64,000 nt of DNA. It comes from Gemmatimonadota bacterium. GTDB taxonomy: Bacteria > Gemmatimonadota > Gemmatimonadetes > Longimicrobiales > Gaopeijiaceae. Below the pieces are notes generated by a model. It saw only the letters and a list, made by a program, of their open reading frames with translations, did not search any database and was not told where the DNA came from. The stretch's first letter is position 1. Each line of letters starts with the position of its first letter. Position numbers and translations under genes: made by a program. Location of the stretch: NCBI GenBank assembly GCA_039589315.1, contig JBDHHQ010000036.1, positions 19,489-83,488 of the forward strand, in the 5' to 3' direction. Positions 1-9,631 of this stretch are shown piece after piece.

Positions 1-296
1 CAGCCGGAGCGATCTTGCTACCTCCGGCGCGTCGAATTCGGAGACCCGTCGGCGGAGACGGAGGGCACGGGTTTCCAATGCCCCGAAGGCGGGGTAACAT
101 CGCCTCTGTCGACTCGCTGTCGGTCCGTTCGGGACAGAAAGAGATAGTGGACGACAACTTCGCCAATGTCCTCATCGAGGGCGGTGGGACGGAGCCACTC
201 GACTTCGCCGCGTCTCCCCGGCCTGTGGGAGAAATGCGGGGGGGCGGTGGCGCACTCACCGGGTCCCGCGTGAGTGACCTGAGACTCGTAGAGTAA
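1..296 (+). CDS. 3' end of a probable Tad pilus-associated (TadG-like) protein, truncated by window edge
   Basis: Open frame from the window start ends ...NFANVLIEGGG...GSRVSDLRLVE*, 14 bp before cpaE. The position and the LRLVE ending fit a TadG-like gene, but the sequence looks divergent. Confidence 0.35.
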   Translation, partial: AGAILLPPARRIRRPVGGDGGHGFPMPRRRGNIASVDSLSVRSGQKEIVDDNFANVLIEGGGTEPLDFAASPRPVGEMRGGGGALTGSRVSDLRLVE

Positions 297-310
297 GCGC
301 GCCAGAATCC

Positions 311-1540
311 ATGCCAGAATCGCTCCGATGTGCCCTGATCTCGGTAGACGAGGCCTTCCGTAGAACGGTCACGGAGATCGCTCAGGATCCCCAGCGGTCC
401 CTAGAGCTGGCCCTGGACATTGCCACGCCCGTGACGGAGCTGCGTCGGGACGCTCTCGATCAGGTCCGCAGGGCGAGTCCGGAGGTCATCTTCCTGGATC
501 TGGGAGACGACCCGGTGATCGGGCTCATGTTCGTCCGGGCGCTGACCGAAGAAGCGCCGGGCCAGATCGTCATCCTGTCCGGTCCCAGGCTCGACGCCGA
601 ACCCCTCCTGGAGGTGATGCGGGCGGGCGCCTCCGAGTACCTGCCGAAACCCGTCGAGCCCGGTGATGTAGCCGGGGCGTTGGCCCGGGTCTCCCGCAAG
701 GTCCGGGGGGCGGAGAAGAAGCACACGCCCGAGGGCAAGCTGATCTCGGTCTTCAGTGCGAAGGGAGGCGTCGGAGCGAGCACCACGGCCACGAACGTCG
801 CCGCTCAGTTGGCGCGCTCCACCGGCAGACGCACCCTCCTGGTGGATCTGGACGTCGAGATGGGCGCGGTGGCCCTCCTCCTGGGACTCCGCCCCCGGTT
901 CTCGTTCCTGGACCTCATCGAGAACTTCCACCGACTGGACGAAGGGCTGCTCGAATCCTACGTGGAGCGGCACAAGTCAGGCCTGTACGTCCTATCGGCG
1001 CCCCCCCTCTCGGAGGGGCTGAACGTGACCCGGGAGCAGACCCGCACACTACTGGAATTCGTGCGGGAGCACTTCGACTACGTGGTGCTGGATCTGGAGA
1101 AGGGGCTTTCTCCGGTGAGCATGGTGGGCATGGAGCAGTCGGATCTCGTGCTCGTCATCACGACCCCGGAGCTGCCGACGCTTCGGAACGTCAAGCGTGT
1201 GCTTCCCACCGTCGAGCGAGCCACGGGTGCCGGCCAGGAGAAGATCCGCGTGATCCTCAACCAGTACAAGGAGGGCATGGGGATCTCGCAGGGCGACATC
1301 GAGAATACGCTCGGCTACCAGATCTTCTTCACCCTGGAACGAGACGAAGGGGTGCTCCACAGCGTGAACGTAGGCAAGCCCCTGGTCCTGAACGGTTCTT
1401 CGAAGTACGCCAAGAACGTGAAGGCGCTGGTGTCCGAGATCAGGGGTAGCGATACGCAGGCCGCGGCCGGGCTCACCGGCCGGCTGAGGTCCGTGTTCCG
1501 CCGGCGCAAGGCCGAGGCCGGCCCATCGAGCAGCAACTAA
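311..1540 (+). CDS. cpaE: Flp/Tad pilus assembly protein CpaE/TadZ (receiver-like domain + ParA/MinD-type ATPase)
   Basis: N-terminal receiver-like domain (VIFLDLGDD, GASEYLPKP). Deviant Walker A SAKGGVGAST, then LLVDLD and DYVVLD. Directly upstream of cpaF. Confidence 0.9.
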   Translation: MPESLRCALISVDEAFRRTVTEIAQDPQRSLELALDIATPVTELRRDALDQVRRASPEVIFLDLGDDPVIGLMFVRALTEEAPGQIVILSGPRLDAEPLLEVMRAGASEYLPKPVEPGDVAGALARVSRKVRGAEKKHTPEGKLISVFSAKGGVGASTTATNVAAQLARSTGRRTLLVDLDVEMGAVALLLGLRPRFSFLDLIENFHRLDEGLLESYVERHKSGLYVLSAPPLSEGLNVTREQTRTLLEFVREHFDYVVLDLEKGLSPVSMVGMEQSDLVLVITTPELPTLRNVKRVLPTVERATGAGQEKIRVILNQYKEGMGISQGDIENTLGYQIFFTLERDEGVLHSVNVGKPLVLNGSSKYAKNVKALVSEIRGSDTQAAAGLTGRLRSVFRRRKAEAGPSSSN

Positions 1541-1561
1541 CGTGAGAGAGTAGAGAGTGCC

Positions 1562-2950
1562 ATGAGCGATTCAGGCGAAAACCCGTTCTCTCGATCGACG
1601 GAGGCTGATCCGGAGAACGGTCGCAAGGGCGTAACCGGCACGGCTCTGGACCAGCGTTCGGCGCTGGGGGAGATCAAGGGCCGCGTCCACAAGAGCCTGA
1701 TCGAGCGCCTGAACCTGGCCAACCTCGAGAGCATCGAGCGGGATCAAGCCGTCAGTGCCATACGCCAGGTGATTCAGGACCTTCTGTCCAAGGAAGCGTT
1801 CGCGCTCAACTACGACGAGCGGGAGAAGCTGGCTCAGCAGGTCCTCGACGAGATCTTCGGACTGGGTCCTCTCGAGCCATTGATGCAGGACGAGGACATC
1901 TCGGACATCCTGGTCAACACGTTCGATCAGGTCTACGTGGAAAAGCACGGGAAGCTGCACCCGACGGACATCCGCTTCCAGGACGACCGTCACCTGCTTC
2001 AGGTCATCGACCGCATCGTGTCGGCGGTGGGCCGCCGCATCGACGACTCGTCACCCATGGTGGATGCCCGGCTGAGCGACGGCTCTCGTGTGAACGCCAT
2101 CATTCCGCCGCTGGCTCTGGACGGACCCCACGTCTCGATCCGTAAGTTCAAACGGGATACGCTCTCGGGAGACGACCTTCTCCGTTATGGCTCCGTCACG
2201 GAGCCCATGCTCGAGCTGCTCAACGGCATCGTCCGTGCCCGCCTGAACGTCCTGATCTCGGGGGGAACCGGTTCCGGGAAGACCACGCTGCTCAACATCC
2301 TCTCGTCATTCATCCCGCACAACGAGCGGATCGTGACGATCGAGGACTCGGCCGAGCTCCAGCTGCGGCAGCCCCACGTGGTCCGGCTCGAGACGCGCCC
2401 GCCCAACATCGAAGGCGAGGGCGAAGTCACCCAGCGGAGCCTGGTCAAGAACTCCCTGCGCATGCGGCCCGACCGGATCGTCGTGGGCGAGGTGCGTGGA
2501 TCGGAAGCGGTGGACATGCTCCAGGCCATGAACACCGGCCATGACGGCTCACTCACGACCCTCCACGCCAATACGCCCCGGGACGCGCTCTCGCGGCTCG
2601 AGACCATGATCTCCATGGCCAGCTTGAGCCTACCCGAAAAGGCCATGCGTCAACAGGTGGCCAGCGCGATCCAGGTCGTGCTCCAGGTGGGCCGACTCTC
2701 CGACGGAGGGCGCCGCGTCCTTTCCATTTCGGAGATCGTCGGGATGGAAGGTGACGTGATCACGATGCAGGACCTGTTCCTGTACGAGCGGAAGGGTCTC
2801 GACGATGACGGGAACGTGATCGGGCGGTTCAGGCCGACCGGGATTCGGCCCCGATTCTCCGACAGGCTCGAACACTACGGCATCAACCTCTCGAGCATGC
2901 TCTTCAGCGAGGCGCTCGAGCAGGGCTCCGAGGCGGGTCGGAGGTGGTAG
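1562..2950 (+). CDS. cpaF: Tad pilus secretion ATPase CpaF/TadA
   Basis: Walker [10 protein letters not shown], Asp box TIEDSAEL, Walker [14 protein letters not shown], His box [12 protein letters not shown]. Confidence 0.97.
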   Translation: MSDSGENPFSRSTEADPENGRKGVTGTALDQRSALGEIKGRVHKSLIERLNLANLESIERDQAVSAIRQVIQDLLSKEAFALNYDEREKLAQQVLDEIFGLGPLEPLMQDEDISDILVNTFDQVYVEKHGKLHPTDIRFQDDRHLLQVIDRIVSAVGRRIDDSSPMVDARLSDGSRVNAIIPPLALDGPHVSIRKFKRDTLSGDDLLRYGSVTEPMLELLNGIVRARLNVLISGGTGSGKTTLLNILSSFIPHNERIVTIEDSAELQLRQPHVVRLETRPPNIEGEGEVTQRSLVKNSLRMRPDRIVVGEVRGSEAVDMLQAMNTGHDGSLTTLHANTPRDALSRLETMISMASLSLPEKAMRQQVASAIQVVLQVGRLSDGGRRVLSISEIVGMEGDVITMQDLFLYERKGLDDDGNVIGRFRPTGIRPRFSDRLEHYGINLSSMLFSEALEQGSEAGRRW

Positions 2951-2951
2951 C

Positions 2952-3908
2952 ATGACGACCGATGCGTTGGCGGCGCTGCTGATCTTCGTCGCCGTGGCCT
3001 TGGGGACCCTATCGGTGGTCCTGGTCATCGAAGTGTCCCGCGGCTTCTACCGTCGCCGCGCCGTCACGAAGCGGCTCGAGCCCATCGCGCGGGGTCACGA
3101 GCGCTCGACGCCGAAAGGGCTGCTGAAGGACGATGCGGGCTCGGGCGGGCCATCGGCCATCCCGGTGTTCCGCGACGTCGCCAACCTCCTGGAGCAAGCC
3201 AGGCTGCAGTGGAGCGTGGGGACCTACCTCCTGTTGACCCTGGGACTCCTGTTCGCCTTCGGCTTCGCTGCGCTGCTCGCGTCGGGGTCTCTGATCGTCG
3301 CCACCATCGCCGCAGTGATCGGCGCGTTCATCCCGTACATCAGCGCCCGCCGAAAGGCGACCCTACGCCTGTACAGGTTCGAAGAGCACTTTCCCGAGGC
3401 CATCGACCTGCTCACCCGGGCCATCCGGGCGGGGCACCCCCTTTCGGCCGGCATGCGGATGGTCGCAGAAGAGGCTCCCGAGCCCATAGCCGAAGAGTTT
3501 CACGAGACCTTCGAGCAGCAACGCTTCGGCCTCGCCTTCGAGGACTCGTTGCTCGGCCTTACCGACCGCGTGGATCTCGTGGACGTGCGCATCTTCGCGA
3601 CGGCCGTGCTGGTGCAGCGGGAGGTGGGGGGTAACCTGGCCGAAGTGCTGGAAAACCTCGCAAAGACGATCCGCGCCCGCTTCGCCATCCGGCGTCAGCT
3701 CAGGGTGTACACGGCCCAGGGACGACTCTCGGGATACGTGCTGGGCGCACTGCCAATCATGGTCGGACTCGCGATCTTCTTCCTGGACCGCGAGTACATG
3801 ATGACCCTGTTCACGAGTCCGATTGGCCGGTTCGCAGTGGTGCTCGCGGTGATCATGCAGATCATCGGGTACCTGTGGATCCGGAAGATCGTGAACATCG
3901 AGATCTGA
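2952..3908 (+). CDS. tadB: Tad pilus inner-membrane platform protein TadB (T2SS F family)
   Basis: FPEAIDLLTRAIRAGH and QREVGGNLAEVL motifs, hydrophobic segments, follows cpaF. Confidence 0.93.
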   Translation: MTTDALAALLIFVAVALGTLSVVLVIEVSRGFYRRRAVTKRLEPIARGHERSTPKGLLKDDAGSGGPSAIPVFRDVANLLEQARLQWSVGTYLLLTLGLLFAFGFAALLASGSLIVATIAAVIGAFIPYISARRKATLRLYRFEEHFPEAIDLLTRAIRAGHPLSAGMRMVAEEAPEPIAEEFHETFEQQRFGLAFEDSLLGLTDRVDLVDVRIFATAVLVQREVGGNLAEVLENLAKTIRARFAIRRQLRVYTAQGRLSGYVLGALPIMVGLAIFFLDREYMMTLFTSPIGRFAVVLAVIMQIIGYLWIRKIVNIEI

Positions 3909-3918
3909 AGAGGGCCCG

Positions 3919-4848
3919 ATGCTGTACCTGATCGCCATCAGCGTGGCCATGACCGTGGGCTTCCTCGTCTATCTGGTTGCCGTTGCCCTCCCGGAGACGT
4001 CCAAGCCCGTTCGCCAGCGTCTCGTGGAACTGGGACTCGACACGAGCGAGGTGGTCGCCCGGCGCCGCCGGCAGATCCAGAGAGACCAGGTCCAGCTGTT
4101 CATCGAACAGATCGGGCGGCAGCTCGAGAATCGATACGAGGGCCAGGCCTCGGAGACCCGGAAGTTCCTCACGCAGGCGGGTTACCGGACCCCCAACGCA
4201 GTGGCCTTCTTCTGGGGACTCAGGGTCGTGCTCACGGTGGGCCTGGCGGCGTTCTTCTTCTTCCTGTCCACGGTGGCCGGCACGCTTCCCGCCCTGGCCG
4301 TCGGAGCCGCCGCCTACGGCGCTGCCATGGGGTACGTCGTGCCCGTGCTGATCGCCCGGAGTCGGAAGAAGGCGAGGCAGAAGGAGCTCACGCTGGCACT
4401 GCCGGACGCTCTCGATCTCATGGTGGTGTGCGTCGAGGCCGGGCTGGGCTTGAACCAGGCGCTCCAGCGGGTGGCCCTCGAGTCCCGCCACATCAGCCAG
4501 ATCATGACCGAGGAATTGTCTCTGGTCAATCTGGAGATCCGGGCCGGCACGGACCGGGAGCAGGCGCTGATCAACCTGGCGGAAAGGACCGGGGTCGACG
4601 ACATCCGGTCGCTGGTCACGATGCTGATCCAGACGGACCGCTTCGGGACATCCATCGCCAAGTCCCTGCGGGTTCAATCCGACACGCTTCGCATGAAGCG
4701 TCGCCAGCGGGCCGAGGAGGCCGCCGCCAAGACCGCCATCAAGATGGTGTTCCCGCTGGTCTTCTGCATCTTCCCGGCGCTGTTCGTCGTTATCCTGGGT
4801 TCGGGTCTGCTCCAGATCTTCCAGCAGCTCGGCGGCTTGGGCGGGTGA
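3919..4848 (+). CDS. tadC: Tad pilus inner-membrane platform protein TadC
   Basis: LPDALDLMVVCVEAGLGL, QTDRFGTSIA, KMVFPLVFCIFP. Confidence 0.93.
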   Translation: MLYLIAISVAMTVGFLVYLVAVALPETSKPVRQRLVELGLDTSEVVARRRRQIQRDQVQLFIEQIGRQLENRYEGQASETRKFLTQAGYRTPNAVAFFWGLRVVLTVGLAAFFFFLSTVAGTLPALAVGAAAYGAAMGYVVPVLIARSRKKARQKELTLALPDALDLMVVCVEAGLGLNQALQRVALESRHISQIMTEELSLVNLEIRAGTDREQALINLAERTGVDDIRSLVTMLIQTDRFGTSIAKSLRVQSDTLRMKRRQRAEEAAAKTAIKMVFPLVFCIFPALFVVILGSGLLQIFQQLGGLGG

Positions 4849-5315
4849 AGCACGTCCAGATGATGAACCGTACCCGGGGTACCCTCCTGGGCACTCGCAT
4901 CGGTTTGGCTGATCGGTGGTGGTCGCGTATGCGGGGATACCTCATCCGTCCGCGGCCCGTGCTGGGCGAGGGGATGCTGCTCGTGCCTTGCCGAGCGGTG
5001 CACATGTTCGGTGTGCGCTTCGCTCTGGACGTTCTGTTCCTGGATCGAAACGGACGGGTCGTGGAGACCTACCCCGATCTTCGGCCCGGCGGGCGCACCA
5101 GCGTCGTGCGGGAGGCTGCATACGCCCTGGAGCTCCCAGTGGGCACCGTCGAGGTGACCGGCACCCGGGAAGGGGATCTCCTTTCGTGGACTCCCGTGGA
5201 CGGAGTTCGTCCCGAGCGGCCGGAGCTCCTGCAGGCAAGGAAACGGCGGGCCCGGAGTCGGAGGGCAGATGCCCCAGTCAACGAGTTGTCGGTAGAGTCG
5301 GGAGAACACCCATGA
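4845..5315 (+). CDS. DUF192 family protein
   Basis: GTG start overlaps the tadC stop (GTGA). Motifs EGMLLVPCRAVHMFGVRFALDVLFLD and YALELPVG. Confidence 0.8.
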   Translation: MKHVQMMNRTRGTLLGTRIGLADRWWSRMRGYLIRPRPVLGEGMLLVPCRAVHMFGVRFALDVLFLDRNGRVVETYPDLRPGGRTSVVREAAYALELPVGTVEVTGTREGDLLSWTPVDGVRPERPELLQARKRRARSRRADAPVNELSVESGEHP

Positions 5316-6694
5316 ACACTTTCAGCAGGACCCTGGAGCTATCCTACGACGGCGTCGACGTCGAAGCGGTTGCAGATTCGCCGCTCGCGCCCCAGAGCAT
5401 CGCGGAGACCGGGCTTCCAGAGGAAGCCATCGTGGAGCTCCTCCTCAAGGTCCTCTACGTGCAAGGGGCGCGTCAGGGCGAGAGCGTCGCTTCGACGGTC
5501 AGGCTTCCGTTCCCCCTGATCGACGACCTGCTCCTTACGCTGCAGCAGCGGAAGATGGTCGAGGTCCGGGGAACCCAGGGTCACGGCCGGAGCGGCTACG
5601 TCTTCGACCTGACCAGCGAGGGCCGCGCTCGCGCACGGGAGGCACTGGCGGTCAGCTCGTACGTCGGCCCCGCCCCCGTGCCGCTGCCTGTATTCCGCGA
5701 CTGGATCGGCCGTCAGTCGGTCCGCAAGCACCGGGTCCCACCGGACCGTATCCGGAGCGGGTTCGACGATCTGGTCCTCGCGGGCGAGGTGCTGGACGCC
5801 CTTGGGCCTGCCGTCAACCACGGGCGCTCCCTCTTCCTCTACGGGCATCCCGGCAACGGGAAGACTGCCATCGCCGAACGGATCGCCCGCCTGATGGGAG
5901 GCGCGCTCTACATGCCCTTCGCGGTGGACATCGACGGCGAGATCATGGTGGTCTACGACCCCGTTCACCACCGCATCGTCGAAGAGTCGGAGGAGGACGA
6001 CCCCACGGCGGTGATCAAGAGGGCCGTGGCCTACGACGAGCGCTTCGTTCGCATCCATCGCCCGACCGTATTCGTGGGCGGCGACCTGACGATGCCGCAG
6101 CTCGACCTTCAGTACGACCCGGTGGCGAAGCTCTATCAGGCGCCCTTCCAGGTCAAAGCGTCCGGCGGCGTGCTCATCATCGACGACTTCGGCCGCCAGT
6201 TGGTCGGGCCCACCGAGCTGCTCAACCGGTGGATCGTGCCCCTCGAGAAGGAAGTGGACTTCCTGAGCCTCCACACGGGGATCAAGTTCCCCGTGCCGTT
6301 CGACACCTTGTTGGTATTCGCCACAAACCTCGACCCCAACGACCTCGTGGACGAGGCCTTCCTGCGAAGGATCAACTACAAGGTCCAGATCGGCAGCCCC
6401 GGTCGGGCCGAGTGGGAGGAGATCTTCCGCGGTGTCTGCGAGGAGCGGAGCATCGAGTTCGATCGGTCAGCGCTGGACCCGATCTACAAGAAGTACTACG
6501 ACCGCTACGGCATATGGCCCCGGGGGTGTCACCCGCGTGACATCATGGACCACCTGGAGGCCCACGCCCAGTACGAGGGCTACGAAGCGCGCATGACGTC
6601 AGAGGCTCTGGACCGTTCGTGCCGCTCGTACTTCCTCGTCATGAACCCGGACGCCCTCGACAAGAAATCCAACGTAGGACGCGTCGCCACGTAG
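5312..6694 (+). CDS. AAA+ ATPase with N-terminal winged-helix-like region, Tad-locus associated
   Basis: ATG overlaps the DUF192 stop (ATGA). Walker A GHPGNGKT, Walker B LIIDDFGR, sensor-1 FATN, arginine finger AFLRRI. Confidence 0.85.
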   Translation: MNTFSRTLELSYDGVDVEAVADSPLAPQSIAETGLPEEAIVELLLKVLYVQGARQGESVASTVRLPFPLIDDLLLTLQQRKMVEVRGTQGHGRSGYVFDLTSEGRARAREALAVSSYVGPAPVPLPVFRDWIGRQSVRKHRVPPDRIRSGFDDLVLAGEVLDALGPAVNHGRSLFLYGHPGNGKTAIAERIARLMGGALYMPFAVDIDGEIMVVYDPVHHRIVEESEEDDPTAVIKRAVAYDERFVRIHRPTVFVGGDLTMPQLDLQYDPVAKLYQAPFQVKASGGVLIIDDFGRQLVGPTELLNRWIVPLEKEVDFLSLHTGIKFPVPFDTLLVFATNLDPNDLVDEAFLRRINYKVQIGSPGRAEWEEIFRGVCEERSIEFDRSALDPIYKKYYDRYGIWPRGCHPRDIMDHLEAHAQYEGYEARMTSEALDRSCRSYFLVMNPDALDKKSNVGRVAT

Positions 6695-6772
6695 GAGGCT
6701 CCCGGCCCACCACTCCGTCGTGGACGGAGTCAGCGGATCCCGGACGCGCCCGAACAACTAAAGGAGAGCCAC

Positions 6773-7405
6773 ATGGCCTTCGGTGAGGAGCGACCATTCC
6801 GCGAGCACCTGGTGGACCTCGAGGACCGGCTGGATGCCCGGATCAAGGGTCTCGAGAGTCAGAACCGGTCGCTGCGGCGCCTGTCGACCGCATTGACGGT
6901 CCTGATGGGTCTCGGCGTCATCACCGGCGTGGTGCACGTGATGAGCCCCGGTGCCCTCGATTTCGTGCGTCCTGCGGCCGGGGTCATCGAGGCCAACGGC
7001 TTCGTGTTACGAGACGGCGACGGAGCCGTCCGCGGACAGTGGATAGTGGAGGACGACGGCCGGGTCCGCCTCGGATTGAGCGACCTGACCGAAACACGTC
7101 GCATGAGCTTCTCGGTGCTCAGCGGAGGCTCGCCGGGGCTCGCCCTCTCCAACCGGGATGGGCAGACGCGGCTCGCCATCGGCGTGGGCTCGGACGAGTC
7201 GGCCAACCTGGTGTTCGCGGATCGGTCGGGCATGCCCCGGGCCGTCCTGGGACTGGCTTCGGACGAATCCGCTGGGCTGACCATCGCTGACGCCAGCGGC
7301 GCTCGGCGGGTCGAGCTGGGCGTGGATCGGGGTGGCTCGGCCACGGTACTGATGCCGGGAGCCCCGCCGGAGCCTGTGCCGGAGGAGGGGAACGAGAACC
7401 GGTAG
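6773..7405 (+). CDS. membrane-anchored protein with coiled coil, one TM helix and ~22-aa beta repeats
   Basis: Strong RBS (AAAGGAG), a single hydrophobic segment and a periodic C-terminus. Confidence 0.75.
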   Translation: MAFGEERPFREHLVDLEDRLDARIKGLESQNRSLRRLSTALTVLMGLGVITGVVHVMSPGALDFVRPAAGVIEANGFVLRDGDGAVRGQWIVEDDGRVRLGLSDLTETRRMSFSVLSGGSPGLALSNRDGQTRLAIGVGSDESANLVFADRSGMPRAVLGLASDESAGLTIADASGARRVELGVDRGGSATVLMPGAPPEPVPEEGNENR

Positions 7406-7430
7406 GACGCGGTCTTGCTTCCAAATCTCT

Positions 7431-7470
7431 CCGAGGCCCGCTGGAACGTCCGGCGGGCCTCGGTCATTTT
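7431..7470 (+). terminator. intrinsic terminator closing the Tad-associated run
   Basis: Stem CCGAGGCCCGCTGGA / TCCGGCGGGCCTCGG with a 3-nt loop, followed by TCATTTT. Confidence 0.7.
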
Positions 7471-7540
7471 CCATCCGCCGCCCGCCGGCGAGCTTGACGA
7501 CCTCACCTCGGGGCTGGACGTTTGGCGGACGTAGTCCCAG

Positions 7541-8416
7541 GTGAACACCGGAGCGCCCATGATCCGTCCTCAGGGGAGTGTTTCCCAGATCCGCGTGACC
7601 CGCTACCGAGACCGTGCCTCGCGCGTGAGGAAAGACGTGGTGGCGGTCGAGGAGCCCCTCGAGATTCGACTGATCGAGACCGGACCCCAAGGACCGGAGC
7701 GCCACGAGGTCGCGGTCACGATGCGAACCCCAGGAGACGACTTCGCGCTGACGGCGGGCTTCTTGTTCACGGAGGGCATCCTGAAGGACCGGGCGGAGGT
7801 GGCCGAGCTCAGCTACTGCCGCGGGGACGAGCCACAGCAGTACAACATCGTGGAGGCGCGGCTGCGGGCGGGCGTCGCCGTCGATCCAGCTCTGCTGACG
7901 CGGAACTTCTACACCAGCTCCAGCTGCGGCGTGTGCGGCAAGGCGTCCCTCGAGGCCGTGGAGGTCCGGGGCTGCAACACGCTGGCGGGCGACCCGGTCC
8001 AGGTGGCGGAGGCGATCATCCGGTCTCTCCCCGAGGCGCTCCAGCAGGGACAGCGGGTGTTCGACCGGACCGGTGGGCTGCACGCTGCCGGGCTCTTCGC
8101 CCCGGACGGAACGGTGATCTCGGTGAAGGAGGACGTCGGGCGCCACAACGCGGTGGACAAGGTGGTGGGCGAGTCGTTTCTGGCTGACGGACTCCCCCTG
8201 TCGGGACACGTGCTCACGGTAAGCGGTCGAACCTCCTTCGAGATCATGCAAAAGGCCCTGGCCGCGGGGATCCCCATGGTGGTCGCCGTGGGGGCACCGT
8301 CGAGCCTGGCGGTGGACCTGGCGAGCCAGTTCGGCATGACCCTGGTGGGCTTTGCCAAGCCGCATGGGTTCAACGTCTACGCCGGCGCCCACCGCGTCGT
8401 CGACGGGGGTACGTGA
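7541..8416 (+). CDS. fdhD: formate dehydrogenase accessory sulfurtransferase FdhD (alternative start 7559)
   Basis: VEEPLEI, TMRTPG, SSCGVCGK, TGGLHAA, EDVGRHNAVDK. Confidence 0.95.
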   Translation: MNTGAPMIRPQGSVSQIRVTRYRDRASRVRKDVVAVEEPLEIRLIETGPQGPERHEVAVTMRTPGDDFALTAGFLFTEGILKDRAEVAELSYCRGDEPQQYNIVEARLRAGVAVDPALLTRNFYTSSSCGVCGKASLEAVEVRGCNTLAGDPVQVAEAIIRSLPEALQQGQRVFDRTGGLHAAGLFAPDGTVISVKEDVGRHNAVDKVVGESFLADGLPLSGHVLTVSGRTSFEIMQKALAAGIPMVVAVGAPSSLAVDLASQFGMTLVGFAKPHGFNVYAGAHRVVDGGT

Positions 8417-9072
8417 GCGAGGAACGCGATCCACAGCCGGGGGCCCGGCGGGACCTTCTGGGATGCGTGCTGGCAGGGGGGCGCAGCGCTCGCTTCGGCG
8501 CTTCCAAGGCCCGGGCGAGGCTGGAGGGTCGCGGGCTGGCGGCCTGGAGCCGGGCCGCCCTGGCCCGGGTGCTGACCCGGGTCGTCCTCGTCGGCGGAGA
8601 CGCAGAGCTGGCCCGGGAGTTGGGTGTCGAGGACCGCCCGGATCGTGAGCCGGGGCAGGGCCCGCTCGGCGGATTGGCCACCGCCTTGCACTGGGCAAGG
8701 GACGAAGAGCGGGCCGGGGTCCTGGTGCTGGCCTGTGACCTGCCCCTCGTGCCGGCCGGGCTTCTCAGAGGACTCCTGGAGCGATGGGACGGCCGTCACG
8801 CCATCGTGCCCGAGAGCCGGGGGCCGTTGGGCCTGGAGCCGCTGTGCGCCGCCTACCCGGTGGCGTTGCTCGGCGTCGTGGACGAGTCCCTGGAGTCGGG
8901 ACGCCGCTCCATGGCGGAGCTGGTCCGGGTGATCCCACTCGACGTCGTGCCTCTGGCGAGCTTCGCGAACCTGGGTGAGCCCGAGGAGCTGTTCCTGAAC
9001 GTCAATCGGCCCGAGGACCTGGAGCGAGCCAGACAGGTCGTCGCCGGGGAAGAGGGATCCCACGATGGCTGA
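8413..9072 (+). CDS. mobA: molybdenum cofactor guanylyltransferase
   Basis: VLAGGRSARFG, GPLGGL, LACDLP, EPLCAAY, FLNVNRPEDL. Confidence 0.93.
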   Translation: MSEERDPQPGARRDLLGCVLAGGRSARFGASKARARLEGRGLAAWSRAALARVLTRVVLVGGDAELARELGVEDRPDREPGQGPLGGLATALHWARDEERAGVLVLACDLPLVPAGLLRGLLERWDGRHAIVPESRGPLGLEPLCAAYPVALLGVVDESLESGRRSMAELVRVIPLDVVPLASFANLGEPEELFLNVNRPEDLERARQVVAGEEGSHDG

Positions 9073-9631
9073 AGGCGGACCCTTCGTCGTGTGCGTCATC
9101 GGGAAAAAGAACAGCGGCAAGACCACCCTCACCGTCGCCCTCGTCGCGGAGCTCGTGGCCCGGGGCCACCGGGTCATGACCGTGAAGCACGGTCACGGCT
9201 TCGACCTGGATACGCCCGGTACGGACTCCTGGCGGCACAGGCACGAGGGCGGCGCGGCGAGGGTGGTGATGGCAGGTCCGAACGACGTGGCCGTGGTCGG
9301 CGAATGGGACGCGGAAGGAGAGCCGGGGCTGGGCGCGATCGTTCGACGCTTCCTCCCGGACGCCGACGTGGTGGTGGCCGAAGGGTACAAGGCGGAAGCG
9401 TTGCCCAAGATCGAGGTCTTCCGGCAAGCAGCGCACGCAGACCCGGTCTACGACGGGAATCACCCGTTCGCAGGGAGCTTCCTCGCCATCGCGACCGACG
9501 TCGACGGCTTCGAGGCCGACGTTCCGGTGTTCGCCCTCGAGGCGCCGGACCTGGTACCTAGGCTGGCCGATCTGGTAGAGGTTCGACTGAGCCACCCTCG
9601 GCCTGAGCCACCGCCATCCGGACGCGGATGA
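9065..9631 (+). CDS. mobB: molybdopterin-guanine dinucleotide biosynthesis protein B
   Basis: P-loop GKKNSGKTT, VKHGHGFDLD.PGTDSWRH, VVAEGYK. Confidence 0.92.
   Translation: MAEGGPFVVCVIGKKNSGKTTLTVALVAELVARGHRVMTVKHGHGFDLDTPGTDSWRHRHEGGAARVVMAGPNDVAVVGEWDAEGEPGLGAIVRRFLPDADVVVAEGYKAEALPKIEVFRQAAHADPVYDGNHPFAGSFLAIATDVDGFEADVPVFALEAPDLVPRLADLVEVRLSHPRPEPPPSGRG

Noticed and set aside
4428..5311. Long N-terminal extensions on DUF192 and the AAA ATPase (likewise ftsL, ftsI, murC and lapA)
   Set aside because: They overlap upstream genes out of frame. Stop-start overlaps mark the real starts.
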